Of a stretch of DNA of 64,000 nt, positions 34,784 to 43,685 are shown piece by piece. The notes beneath the pieces are model-generated. The model was not told the origin of the DNA and did no database searches. It was given only the letters and a program-made list of their open reading frames with translations. The DNA is taken from the IMG/VR virus record IMGVR_UViG_3300018065_000012, one strand, 5' to 3'. Position 1 is the stretch's first letter. Every line of letters starts with the position of its first letter. This stretch comes from a virus. Lineage: Duplodnaviria; Heunggongvirae; Uroviricota; Caudoviricetes. The position numbers and the translations under genes were made by a program.

Positions 34784-35997
34784 CAGTGGTAAAGAAATCA
34801 AGCATCAACTCGCAAAAAGAAGTAATGATGGGGATTGTCGATCTCATTCGCCACAAGATTTTCTATGGTCACATCTTACAACAGCTCACCAAAGTCTACG
34901 GCGCTGCAAAATACGGAATTCCAACGATGGGCGTTGGAAAGCAGCAGAATGAACTGTTGATTAAGCTTTACGTCAATGAAGAATTTATCAAGCATATATT
35001 TGAAATTGCGAAGACCGAAGAGCAAGCCCATACATTCCTTCAGGGCGTCTTGGAACATGAAACGCTTCATATCATTTTTGACCATATCAAGATGGAATTT
35101 AGCGACCCCGTGCGCGGGAATGTCGCTTGCGACCTTGCTGTGAACAGTCATATCAACCATTCAAACTTGACGCCGGGAGCCTGTTTGCCGGACAAATACA
35201 ATCTTGAATCTGGCAAGGGCGCATTCTGGTATTACACGCATCTAAAAGACAATCAGCAATACAAAAAGCAATGCAAGCAAGGAGCTTTTGGCGCTGGTGG
35301 GATGATGGAGGAAGTTGGTTCCCACGAAATGTGGAAAACAGCAGCTCAAGACCCTCTACTTCAAGAATTTTGCAAAGACATCGTTTCCAAGGCAAGAGAT
35401 TTGTGCAATCAGGATTACGGAGACGTTCCCGGAGAAGTAATTTCACAAGTTGATATGCTATTGGGGAAGAAAAAGGCGATCATTCCTTGGAACAAGGTTT
35501 TGAGAACGTTTGCAGCAAGCGCAACGGAAAGCAACTTGGACTACACGGTGAAACGGGTCAGCAAACGCTTCGGGACGCGTCCGGGAACGCGCAAGGAAGA
35601 CGTTTTGAATCTGGCTGTTGCGGTTGACACTTCAGGGTCAATCAGCGATGATCAGCTGAAGTTGTTTTTCAACGAGGTCAAATGGATTTGGAAAAATGGT
35701 GCAATTGTAACTATGTATGAGGCTGATTGCAAAATTTGTCGTGTGTACGAATTCAAGGGTAAGTTCAAAGGCGAAGTTCATGGGCGAGGTGGTACTGATC
35801 TTGAACCAGTTTTGGTTGCAACTGAACGTCGGTTTGATGCATTAATCTATTTCACAGACTTCTATGCCCCCAATATCAACACTCGTTATCGCATTCCTAC
35901 GCTTTGGGTTTTGACGACTGAGTTGGAACGTGACGAATTTCCTTACAAATGGGGAAGGTTCGTCAAGATAGACTCTGGCAAGCCGGAGCTTGTCTAA
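34780..35997 (+). CDS. VWA domain protein with N-terminal putative HExxH metallopeptidase region
   Basis: LEHETLHIIFDH; MIDAS VAVDTSGSISD; GGTDLEPVL. Confidence 0.6.
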   Translation: MTVVKKSSINSQKEVMMGIVDLIRHKIFYGHILQQLTKVYGAAKYGIPTMGVGKQQNELLIKLYVNEEFIKHIFEIAKTEEQAHTFLQGVLEHETLHIIFDHIKMEFSDPVRGNVACDLAVNSHINHSNLTPGACLPDKYNLESGKGAFWYYTHLKDNQQYKKQCKQGAFGAGGMMEEVGSHEMWKTAAQDPLLQEFCKDIVSKARDLCNQDYGDVPGEVISQVDMLLGKKKAIIPWNKVLRTFAASATESNLDYTVKRVSKRFGTRPGTRKEDVLNLAVAVDTSGSISDDQLKLFFNEVKWIWKNGAIVTMYEADCKICRVYEFKGKFKGEVHGRGGTDLEPVLVATERRFDALIYFTDFYAPNINTRYRIPTLWVLTTELERDEFPYKWGRFVKIDSGKPELV

Positions 35998-36011
35998 ATC
36001 TGGAGGAAATT

Positions 36012-36356
36012 ATGAGGACGCTTTTAGTTGTTACAGATAGTACAATCAAAAATCATGAAGGGGAAGAGTATGATGATTACATCGTTGTGAAAGCAATCCC
36101 CTCACAAGAAGAAATGCCCGCTATCGCAAATGAAATCCGAAATAAGATTCGGGGCATTGTCATTGATGCGCAGAAAGAAAATGAAGGAGAGGCTCAAGTC
36201 AAGATTGAAGTTGACGCTACGCCGCCCTATGATGTTATTTTAGTGAGTCTCGTTGACACAATGGGGCAAGAAGAAAAATTGAACGTCGTTCTGCCTGAGC
36301 GGTTGGACCGTGGCGGAAACAAAGAAAAACTTATCATCGAATCCGAGGAGGGATGA
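36012..36356 (+). CDS. hypothetical acidic protein
   Basis: ggagg SD. Confidence 0.55.
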   Translation: MRTLLVVTDSTIKNHEGEEYDDYIVVKAIPSQEEMPAIANEIRNKIRGIVIDAQKENEGEAQVKIEVDATPPYDVILVSLVDTMGQEEKLNVVLPERLDRGGNKEKLIIESEEG

Positions 36357-36357
36357 A

Positions 36358-36852
36358 ATGCCCAAAGACCCTGACAGTTTTGTAAATTCAGATGTTACAG
36401 ACGCTATGGAGAAAATGGTGGAATCTTTTCCAAACCTTTTTTCTGGGTTTGACGTTAGCAAGGTTTCAAGCGTCCACACAAAAGGAAAGAGCAGCAACAG
36501 AAGGCCACTTAGCTTAAGGGCTGTACGTTATCCTTTCAGCATTTGGATGGATCAAACGTATATTATAGAAGTTGCGAACGACACATGGCAGGAGATGGAT
36601 CAGAAACGGAAAAACTTAGCGGTATTTCACATCATGTGCGCGATTCCCGAAGGAGCCTTTGATCCAGAAGGCAATCATTATCGCCAAATCAAAAGGCCCG
36701 ATTACGAATTGTACGAAGCAGAATTTTTGGCTGCTGGCGGAATTCCCAATTGGATGGAAAACGACAAAGCCCAAGACCCAATGGAAATTCCCGAAGATGA
36801 CGTTATACGCAATCCCGTAACGGTTGAGGACGTCGCGAACGTCGGTGTTTGA
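36358..36852 (+). CDS. hypothetical protein
   Basis: gaggaggg SD. Confidence 0.55.
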   Translation: MPKDPDSFVNSDVTDAMEKMVESFPNLFSGFDVSKVSSVHTKGKSSNRRPLSLRAVRYPFSIWMDQTYIIEVANDTWQEMDQKRKNLAVFHIMCAIPEGAFDPEGNHYRQIKRPDYELYEAEFLAAGGIPNWMENDKAQDPMEIPEDDVIRNPVTVEDVANVGV

Positions 36853-37511
36853 TGAAGAGGACCACCGACGAGATTTTTGCAATGTCGCCAGAGCAGCGAC
36901 GGCGATTGAGACTCGATTTCAAAAAAGGTTCATACAATAAGCCAAGGAAGAAGTTTGCAGACGATGAGCTTATTGAATGGGCGACGTCTCGTGGTGTAAA
37001 ATCCATGAGGCAATTAGATAGAGCACGCGAGCAAGGCGATCCCAATAGACATAATTTTGAACGGGCTTTCGGAAGCTGGGAAAATTTCAAGCGAATAGCC
37101 TATCCAGAAGATTACAAGCCAAATTTGCTCAACACAATCCCTAAAGATGCAAAGTACATGGCGCAGCTTTTGATCCAGTATAACGTCTGGACGGCAGAGA
37201 AATACCGTAGAGCAAGAAAAGCATATCCTGAAATATTCCCATCCATCAACAAAGTATATTTCAATTTTAGAGGTTGGTCGGATTTGGTCATTGTCGCCAA
37301 GAGTCTTTCAATGGAGAAAACAATTGACCGTTATCTTGAGTTGAAAAACAAACTTGGCCGGTGGCCGACAGTAGCAGAAAGCAGAGAGAGAATGATAGAA
37401 CTGAGGCCACTTATTGATATCCATAAAAGCAAGAAAGCAGTCGATGGTTTTCTTGAAAGTATGGAGAGAAAAGCAAATGCAAACGGAAGAGAAGGTTCGG
37501 GAACGGTTTGA
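36849..37511 (+). CDS. hypothetical protein
   Basis: ATGA overlap. Confidence 0.55.
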   Translation: MMKRTTDEIFAMSPEQRRRLRLDFKKGSYNKPRKKFADDELIEWATSRGVKSMRQLDRAREQGDPNRHNFERAFGSWENFKRIAYPEDYKPNLLNTIPKDAKYMAQLLIQYNVWTAEKYRRARKAYPEIFPSINKVYFNFRGWSDLVIVAKSLSMEKTIDRYLELKNKLGRWPTVAESRERMIELRPLIDIHKSKKAVDGFLESMERKANANGREGSGTV

Positions 37512-37914
37512 TGAGTTGTACGAGCGAGAGTTACGCAAGAAAAAGAAGGAATTTTTGTCTTGCGATTATAGGAACTGTCGATATAATACGCGGTACAAAG
37601 TAAAAGGCAACGGGTTTATCGGTTTTTGTCTCAATCCAAAAATTCTTTCTAAGACGAAGCATTCCATGCGAATTTGTAATGATGCGGAAAGTGCAAAAGC
37701 TTGTTCTGAATATCAATGCTTACATATAGAAGAATCAATCACACGTAAGTTTCATGATGAACTAAAAAGCCCTTCGATTTGCGGCAAAAAATATCCAAAG
37801 CTTGCAGTGCTGCTTTGGTTTTTGCAGCAAATACCCAACGAAGGACAGAGCAGGTGGGAACGCTTTCAATATCATTTGAGGGAATGCTTTTGGTCGTTAT
37901 TTACAAAAAGATAA
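37477..37914 (+). CDS. hypothetical Cys-rich protein
   Basis: gagag SD. Confidence 0.5.
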   Translation: MQTEEKVRERFDELYERELRKKKKEFLSCDYRNCRYNTRYKVKGNGFIGFCLNPKILSKTKHSMRICNDAESAKACSEYQCLHIEESITRKFHDELKSPSICGKKYPKLAVLLWFLQQIPNEGQSRWERFQYHLRECFWSLFTKR

Positions 37915-38544
37915 ATGGCTAAACGTCAATGGTATTGTTTTCTCCTTGACGGGCAAAAAACCCGTGGCTTGGAAGACCTTGAGTCTTTTTTGTTCAAGGA
38001 AATGGGGCGGGTGTTTGCAGATGATTTTTGCGATTTGATACTTCCCGGCGAACGGATGGCTGATGATTGTTTCAAGATTCAATCGGAAAGCTATTTTTTT
38101 GTCAAGTGTTCCAATTATCAAAACCATACAGATGAAATCAAAAACAGTTCTGTAGTTTCTATTGTTTTGCCTTCCGTAGAGAATCCTTCTCCAGTTGCGT
38201 ATTCTTCAATTTCGCGTTTTGAGCGGACTACAAAGTGGAGAATCAAAAGCAAAGATGATGTCTCCATAGGAGATTTGGTTCGAGTCAAAGCAGGGTTTTT
38301 GAAAAACCTGTTTGGGATTGTGGTAAAGAAGAATGGGAAAAACAGTTACAATGTTTTCTTTCGTCTTTATACGCGGCAATTTGTAGAAAGTTTGCGGCAA
38401 GTAAATTTAGAAATTTGCGATTGCCTTTGGAATTATGTTCAATTCCCAGTTGTGGAAAAAGGGAAAAAATTGACAGAAAACATGATTTCAACTGCAATTG
38501 ATATTGGAGATAGGAGAAAAATCTGTGCGAATAAAATACGTTAG
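37915..38544 (+). CDS. KOW-domain protein (NusG/Spt5-like; putative transcription antitermination/elongation factor)
   Basis: IGDLVRVKAGFLKNLFGIVVKKNGKNSYNVFF resembles KOW. Confidence 0.4.
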   Translation: MAKRQWYCFLLDGQKTRGLEDLESFLFKEMGRVFADDFCDLILPGERMADDCFKIQSESYFFVKCSNYQNHTDEIKNSSVVSIVLPSVENPSPVAYSSISRFERTTKWRIKSKDDVSIGDLVRVKAGFLKNLFGIVVKKNGKNSYNVFFRLYTRQFVESLRQVNLEICDCLWNYVQFPVVEKGKKLTENMISTAIDIGDRRKICANKIR

Positions 38545-39073
38545 CGACTACATTGAGCAACCGAGAAAGGTTCGTTCAAGCAGAAGTTTTCATTTTGACA
38601 TCGATGAAATTACAAGTAATCGCTCGATTTTTAATCTTTTGAACGATAAAGACAGGGACATTTTGTATCTCATTTTCGTTTCAAAAAAGAAGCAGAAGGA
38701 AGTACAGAGAGTCCTAAAGCGAAGTCAACCATCGCTTTGCTATGATATACGTCGTATCAGAGAACGGATTCAATTCATCGCATATTTGAGACAAGCCTTC
38801 GATATTTTCACAAACTTCATTGAGCAAAGAAATCGCAAGTATGATCCTCAAACAATAGAAATTCTTGTTTTGATGTATTACACCACTTCCTTTACCTTGA
38901 CCGCAAGGGTTCTTGGTCTGTCGCAAATCTTTGTAAGAGGCTTATTTGACAAAGCATTGCGACGAATGAGAAGGCTGAAACACTGGGAAGCATACGAGAT
39001 TTTTTCCGCAGTTCGACGTAACAAGAACAAGGTCAAGCGTGTCTACAAAGATCACACGGTCTGGAAATCGTAA
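38525..39073 (+). CDS. protein with two sigma-70 region-4-like HTH repeats; putative late-gene transcriptional activator
   Basis: DRDILYLIFVSKKKQKEVQRVLKRSQPSLCYDIRRIRERI and IEILVLMYYTTSFTLTARVLGLSQIFVRGLFDKALRRMRR. Confidence 0.45.
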   Translation: MRIKYVSDYIEQPRKVRSSRSFHFDIDEITSNRSIFNLLNDKDRDILYLIFVSKKKQKEVQRVLKRSQPSLCYDIRRIRERIQFIAYLRQAFDIFTNFIEQRNRKYDPQTIEILVLMYYTTSFTLTARVLGLSQIFVRGLFDKALRRMRRLKHWEAYEIFSAVRRNKNKVKRVYKDHTVWKS

Positions 39074-39090
39074 AAATTTTTTTATATTTT
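39071..39090 (+). promoter_or_regulatory. late-promoter-like element TAAAAATTTTTTTATATTTT
   Basis: Immediately downstream of the sigma-R4-like gene, upstream of head module. Confidence 0.45.
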
Positions 39091-39140
39091 AAGGTTATAT
39101 AGACAGGCTGTGGTTCTGACTTAGCGGAGGGAACGTACTC

Positions 39141-39395
39141 ATGAGAGACTTTTTCGATGACTTCGTTTGGCACAGCGCAATTGGAATCGATCAAAGCGTT
39201 GATGGTCATAAACGATTTTATACCAGAGTGCCAAACACAAAGAATGCTCGCAATATGTTTATCTCAACAGACGATAGCAAGCTTTTGATTCATCGGACAA
39301 CGCAGGCGCTTTGGCGCGTTAGTGAAGATGGTCAGCATATCGAACCCATTTTCGATACCGACGTACTTACGGAAGATGAGTTGAACGGTGGATGA
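39141..39395 (+). CDS. hypothetical protein
   Basis: ggaggg SD. Confidence 0.55.
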   Translation: MRDFFDDFVWHSAIGIDQSVDGHKRFYTRVPNTKNARNMFISTDDSKLLIHRTTQALWRVSEDGQHIEPIFDTDVLTEDELNGG

Positions 39396-39445
39396 GTTGG
39401 AATTGTTTTTGTCGGCACTCAAGAAAATCTCTTAGGAGAAGTAAA

Positions 39446-40699
39446 ATGGACCTCAGATCATCGATGGAAGATGTTTCACTGACCAATCTAAAATGGTTGA
39501 ACGACCCAGAGACGTATCGTCCGAAGGGTGGCAAGGACATAGACAAGAAAGACGATCTTGAGATCGAGTGGAATAGCTCGGTGTATATTCCTGCCGACAA
39601 GCGTCCTCCAACGACTATCAAGGATGAGATGGATATTGAGTTGCCTTGGCGTAGCGCAGAAGCGTGCGTTGAAGCAGCGCGTGTTTTGATGAATCAGGGT
39701 ATCATGGGAAAAGCATTGTTGTTTCAATTGCGCTCCAGATTCTTGGAAGAGACAATTGCGAATGTCGTTCCTGAATTAAGACAGCTTTTGGATTTTGAAG
39801 GAATCATTGGGTGTGTTGCTGTTGATTTGCGCGGGGATGAAAAGCTTCATGTGAATAGAATCAAGGCTGCTTCAACGTCTCCATTCAAGAAGTTCATCAA
39901 GTTTGTTCTGATGACGCCGGAACAGGTTTCAGGATCAAGTCATGTTGAACGCCGTTTCTCCACGAACACGACAATGAAAAAAGGCTCAATTGATGATCTG
40001 CTCAGCAGCAAAGATGAAACGACAGAAATCCAAATAGTTTACAAGCCATTGAATATGCCCGTCTTGCTCGCTGCCGGTCCTCATGAAGAATTGATTGACG
40101 AAGACTATCTTGGAGATTCTGTGGTCGATCTTTCCAATGCTGGTTATTTGAGCGAAGATGAAGCAGAAGAAATCAAAGCACAGGAAGGGACGCCGATCAA
40201 AAGGCTGAAAAAAGCTTTTCAGCGCGCAGTTGAAAACCGGGTCAAAGCGCAAAAGGAAAAACAGTTTTCAAGCTTGAAAGCAAAAGATCACGCAAAAGAT
40301 TATACGATGGAACGTTCTGAAATGGATGTTCAGTTTGGAAACGATCCAAAACCTGAATTGAAGGGAGTTCAACTTACTGATAAGCGCAGTCCTTTTGAGG
40401 CGAAAATGACGTTGGAATCGACAGATCAGCAAGTTGAAGAAATGGAACATGTTCCAACGCTGGGATTGTTTGATGTTGACGAACCTATCGTGCAAAAGGC
40501 AGCACAAGAGGTAAACGAGTTTGTTCCTCAATTGGAAATTGAGTTGTCTAATTCTGCAATACTTGACGAAATAGACCCTTCGCAGCATCTGGCAAAAGAA
40601 TTTGAAGGGACCGATAAGATTGATTTGGACAAGATCAAAAAGCCGCAGGACTTGGATTTTGAACTGGGTGACGCAAACTTTGATATTGGTAAGGTGTAA
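39446..40699 (+). CDS. hypothetical acidic 418-aa protein
   Basis: aggag SD 7 nt upstream. Confidence 0.55.
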   Translation: MDLRSSMEDVSLTNLKWLNDPETYRPKGGKDIDKKDDLEIEWNSSVYIPADKRPPTTIKDEMDIELPWRSAEACVEAARVLMNQGIMGKALLFQLRSRFLEETIANVVPELRQLLDFEGIIGCVAVDLRGDEKLHVNRIKAASTSPFKKFIKFVLMTPEQVSGSSHVERRFSTNTTMKKGSIDDLLSSKDETTEIQIVYKPLNMPVLLAAGPHEELIDEDYLGDSVVDLSNAGYLSEDEAEEIKAQEGTPIKRLKKAFQRAVENRVKAQKEKQFSSLKAKDHAKDYTMERSEMDVQFGNDPKPELKGVQLTDKRSPFEAKMTLESTDQQVEEMEHVPTLGLFDVDEPIVQKAAQEVNEFVPQLEIELSNSAILDEIDPSQHLAKEFEGTDKIDLDKIKKPQDLDFELGDANFDIGKV

Positions 40700-40701
40700 T
40701 C

Positions 40702-41301
40702 ATGGAAGACGAATTTGATCAAGCCGATCAAGACTCAGGCGCTACGCAAGTTCCAGCGAAGGTAGTCGATGCAGGTGGGAATGGCGGAAACGGTGGGAAT
40801 GGCGTTGGCCTCGCTGCTCATCCTACGACGATGATGGAACACCGTGCGGAACTGATTAAGCAGTATCATGGTGGTTCCGAAGGGCTTGCGGACAAACTTG
40901 GGAAGCAGGGCAAGAACAACATGGAGTCTTTGATTCTTGCTCTTGTCGATGAGATCATCAAAGAAGGCGATCATCTTTTGGGTAATGAGCTTCTTGCCGG
41001 GGAGCAAGGGGCATTGAGAGATTCTTCAGTCATTTCGGCGAAGCGTGCGGAAGTTTTGGAAAAGGCAATCAAAGCAGCTCAAACCAAAATGGCATTTGAC
41101 CGAGAGCATGGTATTGATGTAGATAGCCCAGCGATGCGAGTTGTGTTCAAGTTCTTTATGAAGAAGGTGAAAGAAACGTTTGCTTATTTGCAATATACTG
41201 ATGAAGTAGCTGATACGTTTTTCCGCACGCTTCGCGATTCTATGAATGTTTGGGACAAAGAACTAAAGGCCGAAATTGAAGATATGGAAGTGTTAGGCTG
41301 A
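40702..41301 (+). CDS. terminase small subunit candidate (by position)
   Basis: 199-aa gene immediately upstream of terL; Gly/Asn-rich N-terminus. Confidence 0.35.
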   Translation: MEDEFDQADQDSGATQVPAKVVDAGGNGGNGGNGVGLAAHPTTMMEHRAELIKQYHGGSEGLADKLGKQGKNNMESLILALVDEIIKEGDHLLGNELLAGEQGALRDSSVISAKRAEVLEKAIKAAQTKMAFDREHGIDVDSPAMRVVFKFFMKKVKETFAYLQYTDEVADTFFRTLRDSMNVWDKELKAEIEDMEVLG

Positions 41302-41302
41302 T

Positions 41303-43117
41303 ATGGCCCGTTATAAGAAGCGTAAAAACGCTAATATTTTCGATAGCCTGACTGATGAATTCCTTTCTGGCAACACAACTGACGTCGTTGATATAATAAC
41401 GTTTGTTGAATCCCCGTGGGGGTTGAATTTTCGTTTATATCCGGCTCAGCGTTTTGTCTTGAAAGCTTATTATGGTGTTCCATTGGACGATAAGAACCGG
41501 ATCATTGAAGTTCCAGACACCATCAACGACAAAATCCTTTTTACTTTTACCGAAACAGAGTTCTTGAATTTTCTTTATGAAGAAGGAATGTGCAATACTA
41601 ACACGGTTGCTGGAAAGAAATTTACAGAACTGATTTTGGTAGTTGGAAGACGCGGTGGAAAGTCTTCATTGGCTTCTTGCATTTCTTGCTATGAACTTTA
41701 CAAGCTTGTAAAACGGGGCGACCCGTCTATTTATTATGACTTCCCATCTGGGACAAATATTTGCGTTACCAACGTTGCGCCAACGGATGATCAAGCCGGA
41801 ATCGTTTTTGACATGGTTCAAAAGCAGGCTTTGAATTGTCCGTTCTTGAGAGACCGTTCAGTTAACCAGACGTTGACGTATTTCAATCTTCAAACAGACG
41901 CAGACAAGTCAGGCTTTTCAAAACGGAAACATGCAAGTCTAACTTGTCTGGCGGGTGGATGTTCGTCAAATAGTTTGCGCGGTAGAAACAACATTGTAAT
42001 CATCATGGATGAAATGGCGTTCTTTATTGACAACCAAGGACGCTTTTCAGGCAGTGAAGTTTATAAAGCTTTGAAGCCGTCGACAGCTTCTTTCAAAGGC
42101 GATGGCAAAGTGGTCTGTATCAGTTCTCCTTACGCAAAGTACGGTGCATTTTGGGATTTGTATAACGATAGCGTGCACGACCCCGTTCACACTATTATGT
42201 TCCAAATGTACAGCGCGATGATGAACCCAACGGTTGATTCGTCTTTGCTTAGGGCAGAGCGCAAACGAGACAAGATTGGATTCACCACAGAATATGAAGC
42301 AAAATTCAGCGACAAAGTGACATCATGGGTCGAGGATGAAGACCAGTACAGAGCTTGTGTGGTTCCCGGAAAAGTACGTCCAGAAAAAGGCGAAACAGGC
42401 GTTAGCTACTTCATGGGTATTGACCTTGGATTGAAGAATGATGGAACTGGAATTGCTATTGCTCATAAGGATGTAAAAAGCAAAAAGATTGTTGTTGACT
42501 GGGCCAATGTTTGGTATTCAAAATCATCAGATGTTTGGGAAGTTGAAAAGACAATTTATAAAGATTGCCGCCGGTTTGCAAATGTAGACATTATTCCAGT
42601 AGCTAAAATCGTAGAAGAAGTTGTCCGGCTCAATCGATGGTTTCCAATCAAGAGTGGATGGTTTGACCAGCACGAAGGGTTTGGATTACTTGAACAGCTT
42701 CACAATGCTGGGTTGAAACAGTTCTACATGAAGCAGGTGACTGATCAATTGAATGATCAGATTTATGAGCTTTGGAAAAGCTTGTACATCGATGGTCTTT
42801 TTGAAGTTTACGATGACGACCTTATGACCAGTGAAGTTTTGTTTTTGGAAGCAGAACGAAAGTCCAAAAAGAAAATTCAAGTACGTGCTCCAAACAAACG
42901 CGGAGCACATGATGATATTTCAGATGCAGTTTCCCGTGCTATTTGGGAAGCGTACAGTGCTTTCAAACAGCAAGGTAATAATATTGTGCTTGGTCGAACA
43001 ACAAACATCTCAGCTGTGCAAACGTCAACAATGAATCGTTTTCGTATGGGCAGAGAAAAAGTACATGGTACTGTTACTACGCGGAAAATTCCTAAAGTTA
43101 GGACGCGATATCGTTGA
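41303..43117 (+). CDS. terL: terminase large subunit
   Basis: Walker A VGRRGGKSS; Walker B IVIIMDEMA; nuclease-domain GIDLGLKNDGTGIAIA. Confidence 0.85.
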   Translation: MARYKKRKNANIFDSLTDEFLSGNTTDVVDIITFVESPWGLNFRLYPAQRFVLKAYYGVPLDDKNRIIEVPDTINDKILFTFTETEFLNFLYEEGMCNTNTVAGKKFTELILVVGRRGGKSSLASCISCYELYKLVKRGDPSIYYDFPSGTNICVTNVAPTDDQAGIVFDMVQKQALNCPFLRDRSVNQTLTYFNLQTDADKSGFSKRKHASLTCLAGGCSSNSLRGRNNIVIIMDEMAFFIDNQGRFSGSEVYKALKPSTASFKGDGKVVCISSPYAKYGAFWDLYNDSVHDPVHTIMFQMYSAMMNPTVDSSLLRAERKRDKIGFTTEYEAKFSDKVTSWVEDEDQYRACVVPGKVRPEKGETGVSYFMGIDLGLKNDGTGIAIAHKDVKSKKIVVDWANVWYSKSSDVWEVEKTIYKDCRRFANVDIIPVAKIVEEVVRLNRWFPIKSGWFDQHEGFGLLEQLHNAGLKQFYMKQVTDQLNDQIYELWKSLYIDGLFEVYDDDLMTSEVLFLEAERKSKKKIQVRAPNKRGAHDDISDAVSRAIWEAYSAFKQQGNNIVLGRTTNISAVQTSTMNRFRMGREKVHGTVTTRKIPKVRTRYR

Positions 43118-43137
43118 CACTCACAAGGAGTGAAATT

Positions 43138-43650
43138 ATGAGCAAGCATGCAAATTTGAAAAGTGGAAATTTGTCGCGTGTTATTTCTGCTGCAAAGGAA
43201 CTGGACGACAAAGAAAAGATCGAAAAGGAGAGAGCAAAAAGAGAAGGCAAGCATTCAGAACTTGATGATTTGCCTCCGGGTCATCCAATGCGCTTGATGG
43301 TTGAAGAAGCAAAAAAGCGTTTTGAAAAACGATCAGAAGAAGAGAAAGAGCAAAAAGAAACAACGAAGAGAAGAAAAGCCAGAAAAGCAAAAAGCGCAGA
43401 TAAACAAGCAAAAGAGAGAGAAGCGCAGCAACGTGAAGCTTTTGTAAAACACAAGAAAGCTGCGGCAGAATTGAACAAAGGGATTGATGATTTAGCGATG
43501 AATATTGAGCGGTTTGGAAAGGTTTTGGATAACAACTGCAAAGATTTGATTGGCGCGTCACGAACCAAGGCCGTAAGGATAAAAAGGATTTTGTTAGCAG
43601 CGCATCGTGGTTTGACAACTTCAAAAATAAGTGCCAAACGTGCGGAATAG
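43138..43650 (+). CDS. hypothetical Lys/Glu-rich coiled-coil protein
   Basis: aaggag SD. Confidence 0.5.
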   Translation: MSKHANLKSGNLSRVISAAKELDDKEKIEKERAKREGKHSELDDLPPGHPMRLMVEEAKKRFEKRSEEEKEQKETTKRRKARKAKSADKQAKEREAQQREAFVKHKKAAAELNKGIDDLAMNIERFGKVLDNNCKDLIGASRTKAVRIKRILLAAHRGLTTSKISAKRAE

Positions 43651-43685
43651 TCTGCATGAAAATATAGAATCTCTTGGAGACAATT

